Shown here one piece after another: positions 16,742-16,743 of a DNA stretch of 16,743 nt (position 1 is the first letter of the stretch; every line of letters begins with the position of its first letter). The DNA is from Clostridia bacterium (GTDB lineage Bacteria; Bacillota; Clostridia; RGIG6154). Made by a program: the position numbers and the translations under genes. The stretch is from the NCBI GenBank assembly GCA_045589295.1, contig JAZNOU010000009.1, positions 1 to 16,743 on the forward strand, read 5' to 3'. The notes beneath the pieces were generated by a model. That model was not told the origin of the DNA, did no database searches, and saw only the letters and a program-made list of their open reading frames with translations.

Positions 16742-16743
16742 GG

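Noticed and set aside
14700-16743. GC-rich segment as a conventional genomic island
   Set aside because: The boundary falls inside a gene at a conserved motif with no att site, repeat or mobility gene; treated instead as a chimera or recombination junction.

Overview
Chromosomal housekeeping region of a low-GC, spore-forming Clostridia-like bacterium (standard genetic code), mostly on the minus strand. From the left: a 5'-truncated SdpI-family gene, tRNA-Trp(CCA), rpsT, an atypical xerD, spoIIM-like, proC, an aspartate aminotransferase, an M19 dipeptidase, and the conserved rplS-lepB-rbgA-rnhB-yraN cluster with an L19 leader. Next come a small helical hypothetical protein, ddh, a highly structured ~250 bp MITE-like intergenic element, and a 1148 aa secreted modular protein with an unnamed C-terminal domain. 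The window ends in an Hsp100 gene that switches abruptly, in frame, near 14700 from a high-GC ClpB to a low-GC ClpC tail carrying the ClpP-docking FGF loop. This is most likely an assembly chimera; if real, it would be a natural 'BAP'-like ClpB/ClpC hybrid.
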